Assembly (NCBI GenBank): GCA_002633005.1
Contig: NMRA01000253.1
Coordinates: forward strand, 197,251-261,250
Origin: Phoronis australis
Lineage: Eukaryota > Animalia > Phoronida
DNA: 64,000 bases
Reading direction: 5' to 3'
Below the pieces are notes generated by a model, which was not told where the DNA came from, searched no databases, and was given only the letters and a program-made list of their open reading frames with translations. A program made the translations under genes and the position numbers. Below, piece after piece: positions 13,901 through 26,000 of the stretch. Positions within the stretch are counted from its first letter, which is position 1, and the number at the start of each line of letters is the position of its first letter.

Positions 13901-16900
13901 CAGGTAGTTGTCCCAGAGGATTCACTGTGTATTTTTAAATTCACCAAAAATGGACACGAGAATGTGTCATACTTTGTCCATACTCATACTATTGAAATAA
14001 TGGAGCAACAGTTCCTCCTGTAGACAAAATTTGTTGAACGCAACAATGTTCGTGATCAATAGTTATCAATGAACTTTGCTTGAACTCTCTGAATCTTTGA
14101 CAGTCATTTGCTGTGCAGCAATAAAGCAGACAGCCAATAGACGTAAGGAAACTAATGCTGTTGTCTGCATTTTTACATGTATCTATTTTTATATCTTTCT
14201 TTTGCAGACGAGGAAATAGCCGCGGCCCTCAAGGCTATTGACTTCATTCCATTGAAACCGAGTGAAATGTCCATCTGGTCCAAGATGTGGGAAGTACAGG
14301 TAACCTTTATTAGACTGTTAGATCACCAGATGATGGCACACAGTTGGGCAAAGCTTGAGCTTTTTGGCTATCACATTTGATGACAGAAATTGAGCATTAA
14401 TTTTGTTAAATGTTTTGTTGAAAATAATTCTCTTTCGTGGATGCTGGTCTGATTAAGCATGAAAAGTTTGTGTTGTTTTCTTTCGCCATATGTTATGAGA
14501 TAACCTAATACTTTAATTGAGGAACGACCATTGAGGACAACTTGTGGTGTTTTTGTTGTCTTGGTGAAAACTTTAAACTAAGAACTCGAGTTGAATAAGA
14601 AATGAGTGTATTGGTGAACAGTTACCTAGGATATCTGAGAGTCCCCATGGGAGCTCATTAAGAAATTGGATTAAAAACAATGAGGTTCCTTTTAGACCGT
14701 TTTGCATGACTGGTGCATTGAGAAATTGTGTGCAAAATGTCAATATTTCCTAAATTTTATTTTTAAAAGGAGAATCAAAAAGTATTTGAAGTTTTTCACT
14801 GCAACCTATGTTTAGTCATTGATGGCCAATCAGGGCGTTATTATCTAGGACTTGGCTAAACGGATGCGAGATGCTGGTTCAGATTGACTCTGGGCGCAAA
14901 CCAGAAGCTCTATGCATTTTGACCTCACTCTGAACTCATCAAATCCATTTTACTCCCCAGTTAAAGCTGATATCCTCAAACATGGACGCTGCTCTTGAAC
15001 ACAAGTATAAAACGTCACCCCTTGAGTGGCCGTTATTAGACAAGAATCTCGCTTATTGGATGGACAAATCAAGCAATGTAAGTTGCTTACTTTAGCAGTG
15101 GGATTCCCAAGATTGAGGCTTACTTATAATTAAGAATTGATTTCGAGTGACATTGTCAGAGTACTGGCAAGGTTGTTCGCTATGTTAGGCAATTAGAATG
15201 TATCAAAACATGGAAGTTCTGTTTCTCTAGCTAACAGCAGATGACGCTGCCCTACTCAGAGATTTTCAATGTGGCTGAGACGACAAGGCCCCGTTATTTG
15301 GGATTTTTAAAAGTGTTTAGTAATTAGTTGGAGATTTGCAGGTGAAGGAGGAAACTTGGCCTCACCGATCACAGAATCAATTTTACTGTTTGGGAAGTGA
15401 TTTTAATTTTTGATTCAATGTTTTTCTTTTGTTGCAGTTTTAATAGAACTCGTTATGTTTTAACTAATGACTCTAGAGATAACTTTTTTCTAGAGACCCT
15501 GATTTTCCGTTTTCAAAAACAGAGAAACCAGTTTTAGAGCAAACATAGAGTCACAGTTTTGACTCATCCCGTGATCCATCACAGAGTTTCTTGCCTGTTC
15601 ATCTCTGTAATTACATTTTGTCTATAGGCTCAGATTCATCTGCTGGGTAACCCTGTCGTATGGTACACAGGCACGTTGTCTGTTGTTGTCTGCTGTGGTC
15701 TGATAATACTAGAGTTACTCAGACGGAGAAGACAATGTTATGACTTGACCGAGGGTAAGGTTAACACTTTTGGCTCATTTCTGGCCCTTGCTATGATTAT
15801 CGGTGGTATTTATGTCAAGGTGCTCCTTCAGCTATCTGCAATTGACCATTCAAAGTCACTGTGTGCTTTAGAAATCAAAAAGATCCCCAATGTAAATACA
15901 AGTAATTATTGATGCACATTAATTTTCCTAAATTCATCAAAATATCATAACCACTACGGGATTGGCTATTAGGTACATACAGCCCTGGGTACAAATGAAA
16001 AACTGTTTCCTTGCGGTGATTTTGCATTGGGTAGTGTTTATTTTGAGCTGTGGACTTGTTTGGATCACCAGTAAAGGTCAGAGGTCACCTGAAGACAGAT
16101 ATACTACTAATCTTGAGTCTGTTCGAGTTGCTGAGCGTGCGCATAAACTACCTTGTGCGTCCGTGTGGTCCAGCGTTTCAAGTTAATCTCTTCTCTGATT
16201 GACATGTTGTCATCATAAATGAGTTTTATGTCAGATTTAAGATGCCCACATTTTGAGAACAAGTTTAATCCCCGTTATTCAATGGAAAATACTGGTTCTC
16301 ACAATGCGAGCATGTTATATCCAACTGTACTGTTACCAGCTTCTTGGTTGTTTGCTGTCACTGTGATATTTTGTTCTTTTCTTTTCCAGCCTCCTGGAGT
16401 TGTCTGCTCAATGTGTCAGCCATTTTGTTGGCAGGTTATCTGCTGCATTATCTCCCCTACTTCATGATGGACAGGACACTGTTCATCCATAGTTATCTCC
16501 CCGCTTTCTTCTATCAAGTCCTATTGTTTGCAGCTACAGTAGATATTGTTATCTCTCTCATCAGGTATAATCATATTTGGTAATTTCTCTGTTACTCTAT
16601 TTGGATGTCTATTGTTGACATGTCATGGCAGTAGATGACGCAAAGTTGGACCCGGAAATAAGAATAGACGTGCCATCACACTGGATCCAAAAGTCATGAT
16701 GTGGTCAAAGTGACCTCATGCTAAACATTCCTATAACCTCTGTACTGCTTAAAACTACATTAAATTGAAAGAAACAAACCATTTATTACAATAAATCTAA
16801 TGTCAACTTATTTCTTGCTATAATCCAAATTCGTTTCTGGACTTGGTAATAACTTAATGTTCGACATAACGTGAGGTCATGCTCGGTGCGTAAAATGACC

Positions 16901-18035
16901 CACCATGACGTGCCATGTTGTAGAGCCTGGTCTCGAGCAACAGTGAATTATCAGATCTTTTAATGACCAAAAATCACTGACAGTTTCAGTACAGAAGTTG
17001 TATCAAAGTTGCAGTTTAGGCCAAGGCATGTTTATAACTGTACAGTTTCGTTAGCTAGAGATGTACAGTGTAAAAGATAAAGGTGATGAGCCTAAACGCC
17101 ATTTCTTGCTGACCGCAAAAACTATTGGTAATAGCCACCAGGGCACCAAAAAATCCAACTGAATGTATTTACAAAATTGCTTCGCCATCTTACTAACTTT
17201 CCTGGTAATTCCTCTTCGTTCTCGGTCATCAGGGGAGACTATTCTCAGTCATCAGGGGAGACAACTCTGATGATGAGTTCACCTTCCACGCAGCCATCTT
17301 GGCGAGGAATTCCAAGCCATTTTGTCAGACTACTTTTGGTTGGTTTCATTCCATCTTCAGACTTCATGTGCACAGTGGGGCTGCTCTCGCAACCACATGT
17401 CTTTGCTCATCAACCGTAGTAACTGAAGCCAGTAGTGGACTACACATTTGTGTTACATTGCACCATGTGTGCCCGTGCATGCATGTGCGTGTGCGTGTAT
17501 GTGTGTGTGTGTGCGTGCTTACGCATTCCTCCTGTCAGTTATTGTGCTTCGTGTCTGCAAGTAAATAATGAATTGATGAGAAAAAATATTATAAGAAAAG
17601 AAATACTGATTGGTTGTGAGAAAAGAGTTGTAGTCACGTGAATAGAATGCTTTTAATTAGAGGAGCTGTATTGTCCACGGGTAGAAATCTTTATTGCTAT
17701 CCAATACACCTCATGTTCTCTACAATGTGTGTGTAGAAATTATATCAAATAGTCAAAATACTGAGAAGCTAGTACATTCTTTATGCATGCAAATGTTACA
17801 GCTTTTTATTGGCTTTTTATTTTACTTTGAATTAGAAGTTTTGTACTTTTTTACCTTTTTCAGTCACCCCCATGTGAGGCTACTGTGCTGGACGCTGGTC
17901 GCTGTGTGGCTAGTGGTGGTCTCATATACTACGTCCAAGCTCTCCGTCTTCACGTACGGCACAACAGTACTCACCCGTCCAGAGATTGACGCCATGTCTT
18001 GGAAGGAATCCTGGGACTTCTTGGCTCATGCATGA
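1952..18035 (+). CDS. POMT1: Protein O-mannosyltransferase 1 (POMT1), 5'-partial, 16 coding exons in window
   Basis: Frame-consistent GT-AG exons: 1952-2008, 2143-2289, 2771-2873, 4518-4583, 6290-6383, 8107-8262, 9450-9673, 11509-11601, 11857-11953, 12390-12479, 13129-13246, 14208-14299, 14961-15077, 15628-15754, 16390-16564, 17864-18035 (TGA). The translation has motifs I recognise from animal POMT1: [64 protein letters not shown] (MIR domains), [42 protein letters not shown]-terminal exons lie upstream of the window. Confidence 0.96.
2432..2611. repeat. 37-bp minisatellite, ~5 copies (intronic)
   Basis: Unit ggtcataatttgatcatatttaacaattttgttcatt repeated head to tail. Confidence 0.95.
3399..3909. 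mobile_element. Non-autonomous DNA transposon (hAT-like termini), 511 bp
   Basis: TIRs CAGGGCTTGGAAT (3399-3411) and ATTCCAAGCTCTG (3897-3909). 6-bp direct repeat AAGACC on both flanks. Repeated subterminal CGCGGAAA motifs. No transposase ORF. Confidence 0.85.
6970..7140. repeat. Dispersed repeat; second copy at ~8590-8735
   Basis: Shared blocks ccaggattttgagtg-cggcttaactgacca-tagaacgcagcgtt ... aaaacttattgt ... ggagcttg in two POMT1 introns. Confidence 0.8.
12934..13002. mobile_element. ~70-bp hairpin MITE; further copies at ~10815-10862, ~13417-13487 and ~16244-16312 (inverted)
   Basis: Inverted arms ttgagaaccagttt / aaactggttctcaa around the core cactgaatarcrgrcat; four copies in POMT1 introns. 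Confidence 0.8.
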
Positions 18036-21000
18036 GGCCACTCCATGTGCGGTTGGTGAAGCTAACCGTTTTCATCTTAATCAACAGAAACATCAGCGAA
18101 GATCGTAAAATTTGCATGAGAGCCACCTAGTGATTGAAGTGGTGTTAGCAGTGGGTCTAATGCAACTAATCAAAGAAATCATGTCGTAAAATTTAATTTG
18201 TGAAAGAGGATGAGAATGAGCGTCCATGATTTATAAATAGGTCAAAGGTTAAGATGCATAAATTTTAGTCGCTGTATAATAACATTGGCATACAGTCGAA
18301 CCGTGTCACAACAAACCCTCGTGTGACCTTTCTGAAACTTTGTTGTATCTGAAATGTGCCATGACTAAGTGAAATCGTATACAGTACAGTTCATCTGGGA
18401 CTTGCGGAATTGGCCATTGTGAGCGAACAAATGATGTAAACCAGGTCCGTGCTTCGTAGAGTAAGTTTCTTGTGAGATCACGCAAGTCTTCGTGAGATAT
18501 CGTCGTGCATTACAAGGGCAGAGTGTGATGACACTGACTAGCTTTACTTGCGAGTGTCTTGTTTCTATAGAACACCCTCAGGTTCATTGTAACATGGCTC
18601 TATTATGTCTCTATCACGCCACCTATTGAGTGGGTTGTGTAACACTGTAACAAATATTCAGTTTGTAATGATTGAATTTTTTATCGCCCTCTTCAGGTCT
18701 GTATGGGCTAAGCTTCCTATTACTACCATCGCTTGTTGTCTTTCAGTCAGAAACCAATGCTGAATCTCAATCCGGGTTGGAAGTTAGAACGTTGAAATAA
18801 TACAAAACATCCTACTTTTCATACTCTTAAAGCCCATCAAATATTTACCTGCACACATTTATATTGAAGCTGCAGTAAGGAATTTACAAATGATGCGTCG
18901 TGTGATTGGAGGAGAGTCAAGACTTCCCATAGTATTTAATATTCATTCTGTTTTTATGTACACTGTTCACTCTGCCCCCTGGTGGAGTACATGTACAAAA
19001 TAATGTATGTTATATACATTCAAGTTGGCCTGGTTGCATCAGTTGTACACCAGGAGTGTTAGCATGATGTCATCTGTTGAGAACATGATGGCTGATAGTT
19101 CATTTGTCAACGACACTTGGAGATAAAAAGAAGAAAATTTGACCTACATGTAATTATAAGCATTGAATTGTTCTGTGGGTGTACTAAAGAGAAAGTCATT
19201 GGTATGACTGTCCTGTTTAAAAATTTTTGTCCCCCACCCCATACTTTCTTCTAATTTCTATTGTGCAAAGTTTCGGGTATCACAAACTTTGTTCCTTGAA
19301 CGTGCTTCTGACTGACTGACTAGTGATTCTTGATACAAACATGAATAGTTGTATCTCCAACACATGTACATTCTAATGGACAGATTGTGTGTATTGAATG
19401 TATTTTGAAAATGTTGGTTGACTGAATGTGAGAACTTTGACACCTTTTGAATCATGTTCAAGTCAAAATTATTATCAATTTTTCTTTTACACTTCTCCGC
19501 AATGATGTCAAGTAATTCTGGTTAGGCCGATTTTTAATAATATGATTTATTGAGACATATACACATGGCCATAGGCCCCAAGTATATCATGTACAAGACA
19601 GAACATTGTTGGGTGCCACCTTTCAAACTGGATAATACATTATGACGCTAAAGATAAGGGAGTCTGTCGGCACTGTACTTAACTGGGTTAGCGCCTGAAG
19701 CGTTTGAATTGAAAACCATTAAAACCTCGGGTGGATGTTGGGTCGAGCATGGACTCATAAAGAGAAATCTGGAGTATTCTAGAGATTGGCATTTTGTCTA
19801 AGGAATGATACACTGTATGTGTTAAGGGCTTGTGTCATTGATACCATTATCAGGTTTTTCATTTGCATGAGCCAAACAAATTACCATCTTAATATGGACG
19901 GTGCACTTTTAGTGACTTGCGAACAAAATGCGTGAGATATGGAAGGTGAATTGCCCTGTGGATGAGTTTTCACCTGAACATGATTAGGAGAAAATTGCAA
20001 GTGTATGACTCTGCGGTGCGCATTTTGGAAATTCAAGAGTAGGTGTTTCTATGGAAGTTAATGATAACCAGGACTAGTAGGGTATTATATTGTATTATAT
20101 TGTATATACAATGTGTGTGCAGTACATCATTCTCTGTCTGTTTAAACCTAATACGCTCATGTGTTCTTAGAAATTTAGCCGTGGTGAAAGACTTTTCAAA
20201 ATGGCATAGTATTGATGTTGACTGCCTTAAATTCCGCAAACATTACACAACGCAGTTAAGCCACAATGTCCGAGGCAACACTGTACCCAAGTGAAATTAT
20301 TTTCAATGTCCCTGCAAGGGACTGAAAATATAGGTAAAGCTCCGCAGACCGAGATGATATACTTTGCTGAGTGTTACTGTACACTCACACTTCATGTACT
20401 GATTCATTCAGGGTGTTTTTACTAAATACTGGTAAGGAGAAACCAAAGAATAGCTAACGAGAAGAGTCTCTGTTTTGATGATGATAAATCGAACAACTGT
20501 TTCTGTAGTGATAGGATTTTGAACCTAGTCCTCCTAATGTTTTGTCTTTTGTTGGTTGTGAAAGTGTCCTCCACTATATGTATCGGTTTTGTACTCTGGT
20601 ATAAGGTGCAAGTAATCAGGGCACAGTTGCATAAAAGTTATAGCAACTATGACGTCGCATTATCACGCGCCACGTTGTTATTGTTGAACAATGCTCCTGA
20701 CGTTATGTAACAATCAAACTTATCTAGCAGATAATTTTGAAGTTTTATGCAATCCAGCCCTGAAAATGTTCGGTTTCCCTCGTCATGACGGTTAATTCTG
20801 TTAGTAGCAGAAATGGCTGGTAATAACCTTTAGAGCTGCAAAATTCTATTTACAAAATGGCTTAGCCACCGAAGGACATTTTTTCCGTTAGTTCCCATGC
20901 ATTCTCACCCATGAACTTTGTTCAGTGAAAACACTACTAAACTTTTTGTTTGAAAGCTTGATACAGAGTCACTCGTAGTGTCAATCTCCTTTCTTCAGGT

Positions 21001-21424
21001 GTGCAGCTATGTAGCAAAATACGGAGAGAGACGCAACAAACAAACAAATTAATTTCCTAGCTCTATACCTATCAACAAAAAGCTTAGTCTGTTTTCTACC
21101 GAACTGTACTCGTCTCAGTTTATGAGGGAGCCGTGTGCTGCTGGTGTCTCCATCTTTTGGCAAGCAGTCATGACGGGGAATTCCAGGGGTTATAATATTT
21201 TGGTCTATACTGTAGATGAACATTCCACTGTTATAATACTTTATAGTGTGTAGATTAGCCACCTTTAAAGAATCTCCTGTTTCTAATCGTATTCGCTTTT
21301 AAGGAATCTAAAACAAGTTAACAGGTTGTTCTGTTTCATTGTATGTTAACAACTGTGATATCAGAACTGTAAGAAAATGTACTGTTGGATTTGCTAGTAT
21401 TGACATTACTGTTTTAAGATTTAT

Positions 21425-21430
21425 AATAAA
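21425..21430 (+). terminator. Candidate polyadenylation signal of POMT1
   Basis: First AATAAA I found downstream of the stop at 18035, which would imply a ~3.4-kb 3'UTR. An ATTAAA near 19718 is an alternative. Confidence 0.35.
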
Positions 21431-22591
21431 TCCGGTCTAGAACGTTGCTAAATTCCTCTCTTGTAGAGTGCTTGGAAATCATTCATTTCCGTTTAATTGC
21501 TTTGTGTTGTTAAGGTCTTAGTGTTCAAACAAAAGTGCAAGTTTTATTTGAGCAAACCAGAGACATTGGGGTCACAACCTGACTGCTCAATAACCTTTTG
21601 GACCAGCTGGGACGTGTTTTATGAAAATTGGCTTAGAACATAAGACATTGGTCGTGCGCTGGACACATAACTCTGGAAAATAATTGAAAGTCACTAAAGC
21701 AAAAGACCAAACTATCTGAGAATATACCCGAAACTGTTACTTAGAAAATGTGTAAAAATCTATTTCCAGGTAGTGATATGGTACTATAATTACATGACCT
21801 TTCATTGATAACTAAATCCGCCGGAAGGGGGCGCTTAGGAACAAATTTCTTCCTTTAGTCACTTTTCATGAAACAGAATTCTGAACTCAAATTGAATAAA
21901 ATCCCCTTATTTACTAACATGTATAATAGATATATTATGAAAGATGTTATTGTTGGACCCCATTTTACACTGCAGTCACATACGTGTGCGTGTAGTATAA
22001 CTTCATGTTTAGGAATCAAGCCCTGAATACAGCTACCCAGAAATTGTACTTTGGAATATTCGCTACTGCTCCATAATTAACATGCATCTGAAAACTGTCT
22101 GCGATTTCTCGAAAACGAAGAAAACATAGTCAAACTCCTAATTCATATCCAGTATGTTCCGTCTTTTTGGCAAAATTCACCCGTGTACTGGTTCTACAGT
22201 GTACATGTAGTATGTTGCTCCCGGCACATACACATTCAGAAAACCATGGGACGGAGATTATTCCGGGCGTGCCTCTAGTACCCGAAATCCAATTTCCTAG
22301 ACGAGCAGGCATCAAAGCCGCTACACAATTTCTGCACAAGACCGAGCACCATAACTCCACACACGCACCAGAACTACCCCATTTCCGAAATGGGCACCGG
22401 GTTATTTTTGGTGCATGCGTCCAGTATAGGGGCGCTGACTATGGAAATTGGCATCGCGGGTTTGATGTTTGTTGGTTTGAGCTTGGTTCAGGGTGTTTAG
22501 TGGATCGTAGGTGTAAAATTGAAGACAATTTCGTGCCTTTGACACCCCCTGAAAATACATTACAGTTTGCATGTACATGATTCTGGTGGCA

Positions 22592-22597
22592 TTTATT
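22592..22597 (-). terminator. Candidate polyadenylation signal of gene A
   Basis: AATAAA on the minus strand, ~200 nt after the TAA stop at 22795. Confidence 0.5.
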
Positions 22598-22794
22598 CTT
22601 TTCCAAAAACGGAATGACGAAAGTTACCATGTGGCCATGTTTTTACGTTATTTCGTTACACAACAATGTATTAAAAGTTAAGCTGTCAAAAGTATTAGGA
22701 TTCGATTGATTCACTAAACCAGTCCAACGAGTTTGTTACACCACCAACTATAAGCTGTGATAGTAAATCAACCCCCTTGTAACGACAGCACTTT

Positions 22795-23036
22795 TTAAAG
22801 ATGGCCGAACCGCGACTTCCGTGCGCGTTGCATGTAACTCGCGTGAGGTGCGTAGTTCTCTGATGGTGTCTCTCCAGGATATTGCTGTTGATTTATACAT
22901 GTTCCAGAACAAACAAGTTCCTTGAGTCGCTGCTGTTCGATCATGCAGCCAGCGTTGCCATGACAATCTCGGACCTTGCCTATGACAGATGTTTCGATAC
23001 ATTTCTTGAGGCAACGTAGGAATTCTTTGTCTTCGG
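22795..23036 (-). CDS. Gene A terminal exon: six-Cys helical domain and tail
   Basis: AEDKEFLRCLKKCIETSVIGKVRDCHGNAGCMIEQQRLKELVCSGTCINQQQYPGETPSENYAPHASYMQRARKSRFGHL*; acceptor ttcacag. This frame is missing from the supplied ORF track. Confidence 0.85.
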
Positions 23037-26000
23037 CTGTGAAGTTATAAAAAACGAGAAATTAAATTACATGTAAATTTCAATGAAAACTTTAGGGTAT
23101 TGTGTGAAACCGCCGTCATGACGGATATGAGCACGTTTATCACAACGATATCCGAGATGATTGCATCGATAGAAGACAACTCAAATCCATATTTTTCTTA
23201 TGTAATATCAGGGGCGGATCCAGGATTTTGATTGGGGGGTCAGGGCAGAGTATTAGCAAAGACTTTGCCCGTCAGGCAATCGCACCCCCGAACTGCCAAA
23301 TGGAATCTGGGAGAATTTTAGCGGGGCATGGGGCCCTTGGCCCCCTCTAAATCCGCCACTGAATATTGCGTTACTAAGTCGTGCACGACGTTTCGCGCAT
23401 GCATTTATGATGTTTGAAAAGACCTACTAACCTTCGCCATTTCTTGAAAACTTCTGATTGGTTAGTGGTCGAGCGCACGTGGTCCTGCTGGGATAGTCAC
23501 ACACACACGGTCTCACGTTGAACTGGAGGTTTTTGGGACACAGGTGCGTGCCGGAGACATTTGTAAACACATTTCTTTGTGTAAACCATCTACAATTCGT
23601 CCCTGTCACAATTTTGTATTCGTTTCCCTTTTCGTAGCACGTAGTGGAAGAACCTGAAAACGTAACATGTCCATCACTTCATCTTAAACACCGTTGTATC
23701 ACTGGTACCTTCCAATTCACAAGCCAAGAATTTTTACGGTGACACTTGATTTACCTCAAAATCCAACTGCTGCCCGATTATGTTGCACATCCAGCAGAAT
23801 TAATGAGGAGCACATTGCAAATATAAACAAACGCGTTAGGTTGTAAAAGTCATATTTCTTGTCCAGTTTTCAAAATTCAAAAACCTTATTCCGTCTACTT
23901 TTCACGGAACCAAATATGCTATTTATAAATTTTCAAAACGAAAATATAAAAAAACACTTTCTCCCCAAATGTGATTATGGTGGTCTCATTATCTAGATAA
24001 CGATAACATCAGCAGCATGAGGCGATTTAATTAAACACAACAGCATGATGTCTTTGATCTGAACCGACAAATTTTGTGGTACGCAAACAGGTCGCGTTGC
24101 CCAATCTCGACCAGTTAGGCTGTCAACGTAGGATTCCTTTGATGGGCTGTGCGCGCGCATTGGTACTGTGTACTCAGGTGAACTACTTTCTTAAGTGAGG
24201 AGAGACGTAATGATTCAGCACCGGACTGTTTACAATACGTTCGAAAATAGTCCTCACTTGGGAGGTTTTCTAATTCAGCCCTCTTTGGAGTCGCAGCAGA
24301 TAATGTTCTCTGTTTGACCGTATAGGTGGCATACATGTATAGGGTACGAAGATAAGCCAAGTCCTGTCTGATGATTGACCCTGTTCTAGATTTCGAAATG
24401 TCAAGCAATTTAATACCGCACTAGAAATATATTGCCCACCTACTGTTATTTGTCTTTGAGCCATGTATCTGCATTGCAGACGTTTTTACGACTCAGGTGA
24501 TCTTTAATTTGAAATGAAAAATGAAAAGATGAACCACACTTGAAGAACGGGTAGAGCACCAAATGAGAGTAAAGATTACATGGCATCGGGTGCCACACTC
24601 GTTTCCGGGGGGGGGGCGTATTGTGTCTCATTTTTCACGTTTTTTTTCTATAAACCCGCGTTCCTTAAAAAAATACTTTATCAGTCACCGTTATGACATT
24701 GATCTCACAATCATGGGAAGGGCGTTTTGTGCATATAAAATAATTCGTTATATCTTGAGACAGTACTGATCGGTGCATAAACTTCTCCGTGCCAAATTAT
24801 AGAGCCAGGTTTGCGTTCAGTAACACTGGGACCTACGTTAGGACCTAGCTAAAATCTAACCAAAGTGACGTGTTTTCATTTAAAATACACGGAAATATCT
24901 CACGTAATCTCGCGAAATCTTGCTTTTTAGCGAGTTCCTAGAGTTACTGAACGGGAGCCAGGTTTCAAGTGTCTTTCAAAGCCCAGCCTCCCGTTCAGTA
25001 GCGCTAGGACCTCGTTAAAAAGCGAGATTTCGTGAGATACTGGCGTGTATTTTTTGAAATGGCTAGATTTTGGCTAGGTCGTAGCGTAGGTCCTAGCGTT
25101 ACTGAACGGGAGACAGAAATCATATGCGACTTAATTTAACTAAGGGACATCTTGAAAGAACCCTGACATGGCTATAAGTTTTTTTGTGACAAAATGCGAG
25201 TTTACAACAGCTTTTGGAGGTACTGGTTTAAAATGCAAACAAAAGACGGTTAGAATGCACTTGGGTTTTCTGTATACAAGACCAGGTGTACATCCGGAAA
25301 AAACAGTTTAAATGGGAACAAAAGTTCATGGGTATATTCGGAAGTGATGTTTATATGATCGGCTCTCAAATGGAAAATTAACGGCACATTTTCGTCACTA
25401 AAACACCGTAACGAAAATTGTGTGTTTTTATACACACAATTTTTGTTATTAAAATAAGATTCAGTGATGAAATGAATAGAAGTTATTGTTGAAATTAATT
25501 ACTATAATACTGGGTAAAAGTTTTTAATTAGGATTCAACTAGCGATACATGTATCTGTCCCAAATGCACACCGTGTTGCATCTATGGAGAATCGTCTCCT
25601 TAAACACGCCAACTGCTGTAGGCGTACCTAAATGTGGATCTTTCTACCCAAACATCTGGCACGTACATGTACTGGTGTAGCCACCTGGGGCACATGAGGT
25701 CCAAGAATACCAATGTCCACTGCAAAATCATCCCGATGCAAACTCATCTCATTTTATATTTACACCCGCCCTCGGCTCATTAAAAACTGCCCCCGTGATG
25801 CCCATTCTTGACGTTTCTTCATACATGTACGTCTGCCTACGTGTGCCTGTATGTAAACACTGTGCGATTTTTTAGACTCACTTGGTGAGGGACCGGGGTT
25901 TGCACATTTTGTCCTGTTTCTGTAGTCACACACGCAGACAGCCACGTTGAACTGCAAGTTTGAGGGACAGTAAAGTTTGTCTGTCTTATTCGTCTTCAAG

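Noticed and set aside
22167-22580. 137-aa + strand ORF
   Set aside because: TTG start, no recognisable motif or splice context; probably repeat-derived sequence between convergent genes.
22795-22830. C-terminal RKSRFGHL of gene A as an RFamide neuropeptide
   Set aside because: Single copy, and the Gly is not followed by a basic cleavage site or the stop.
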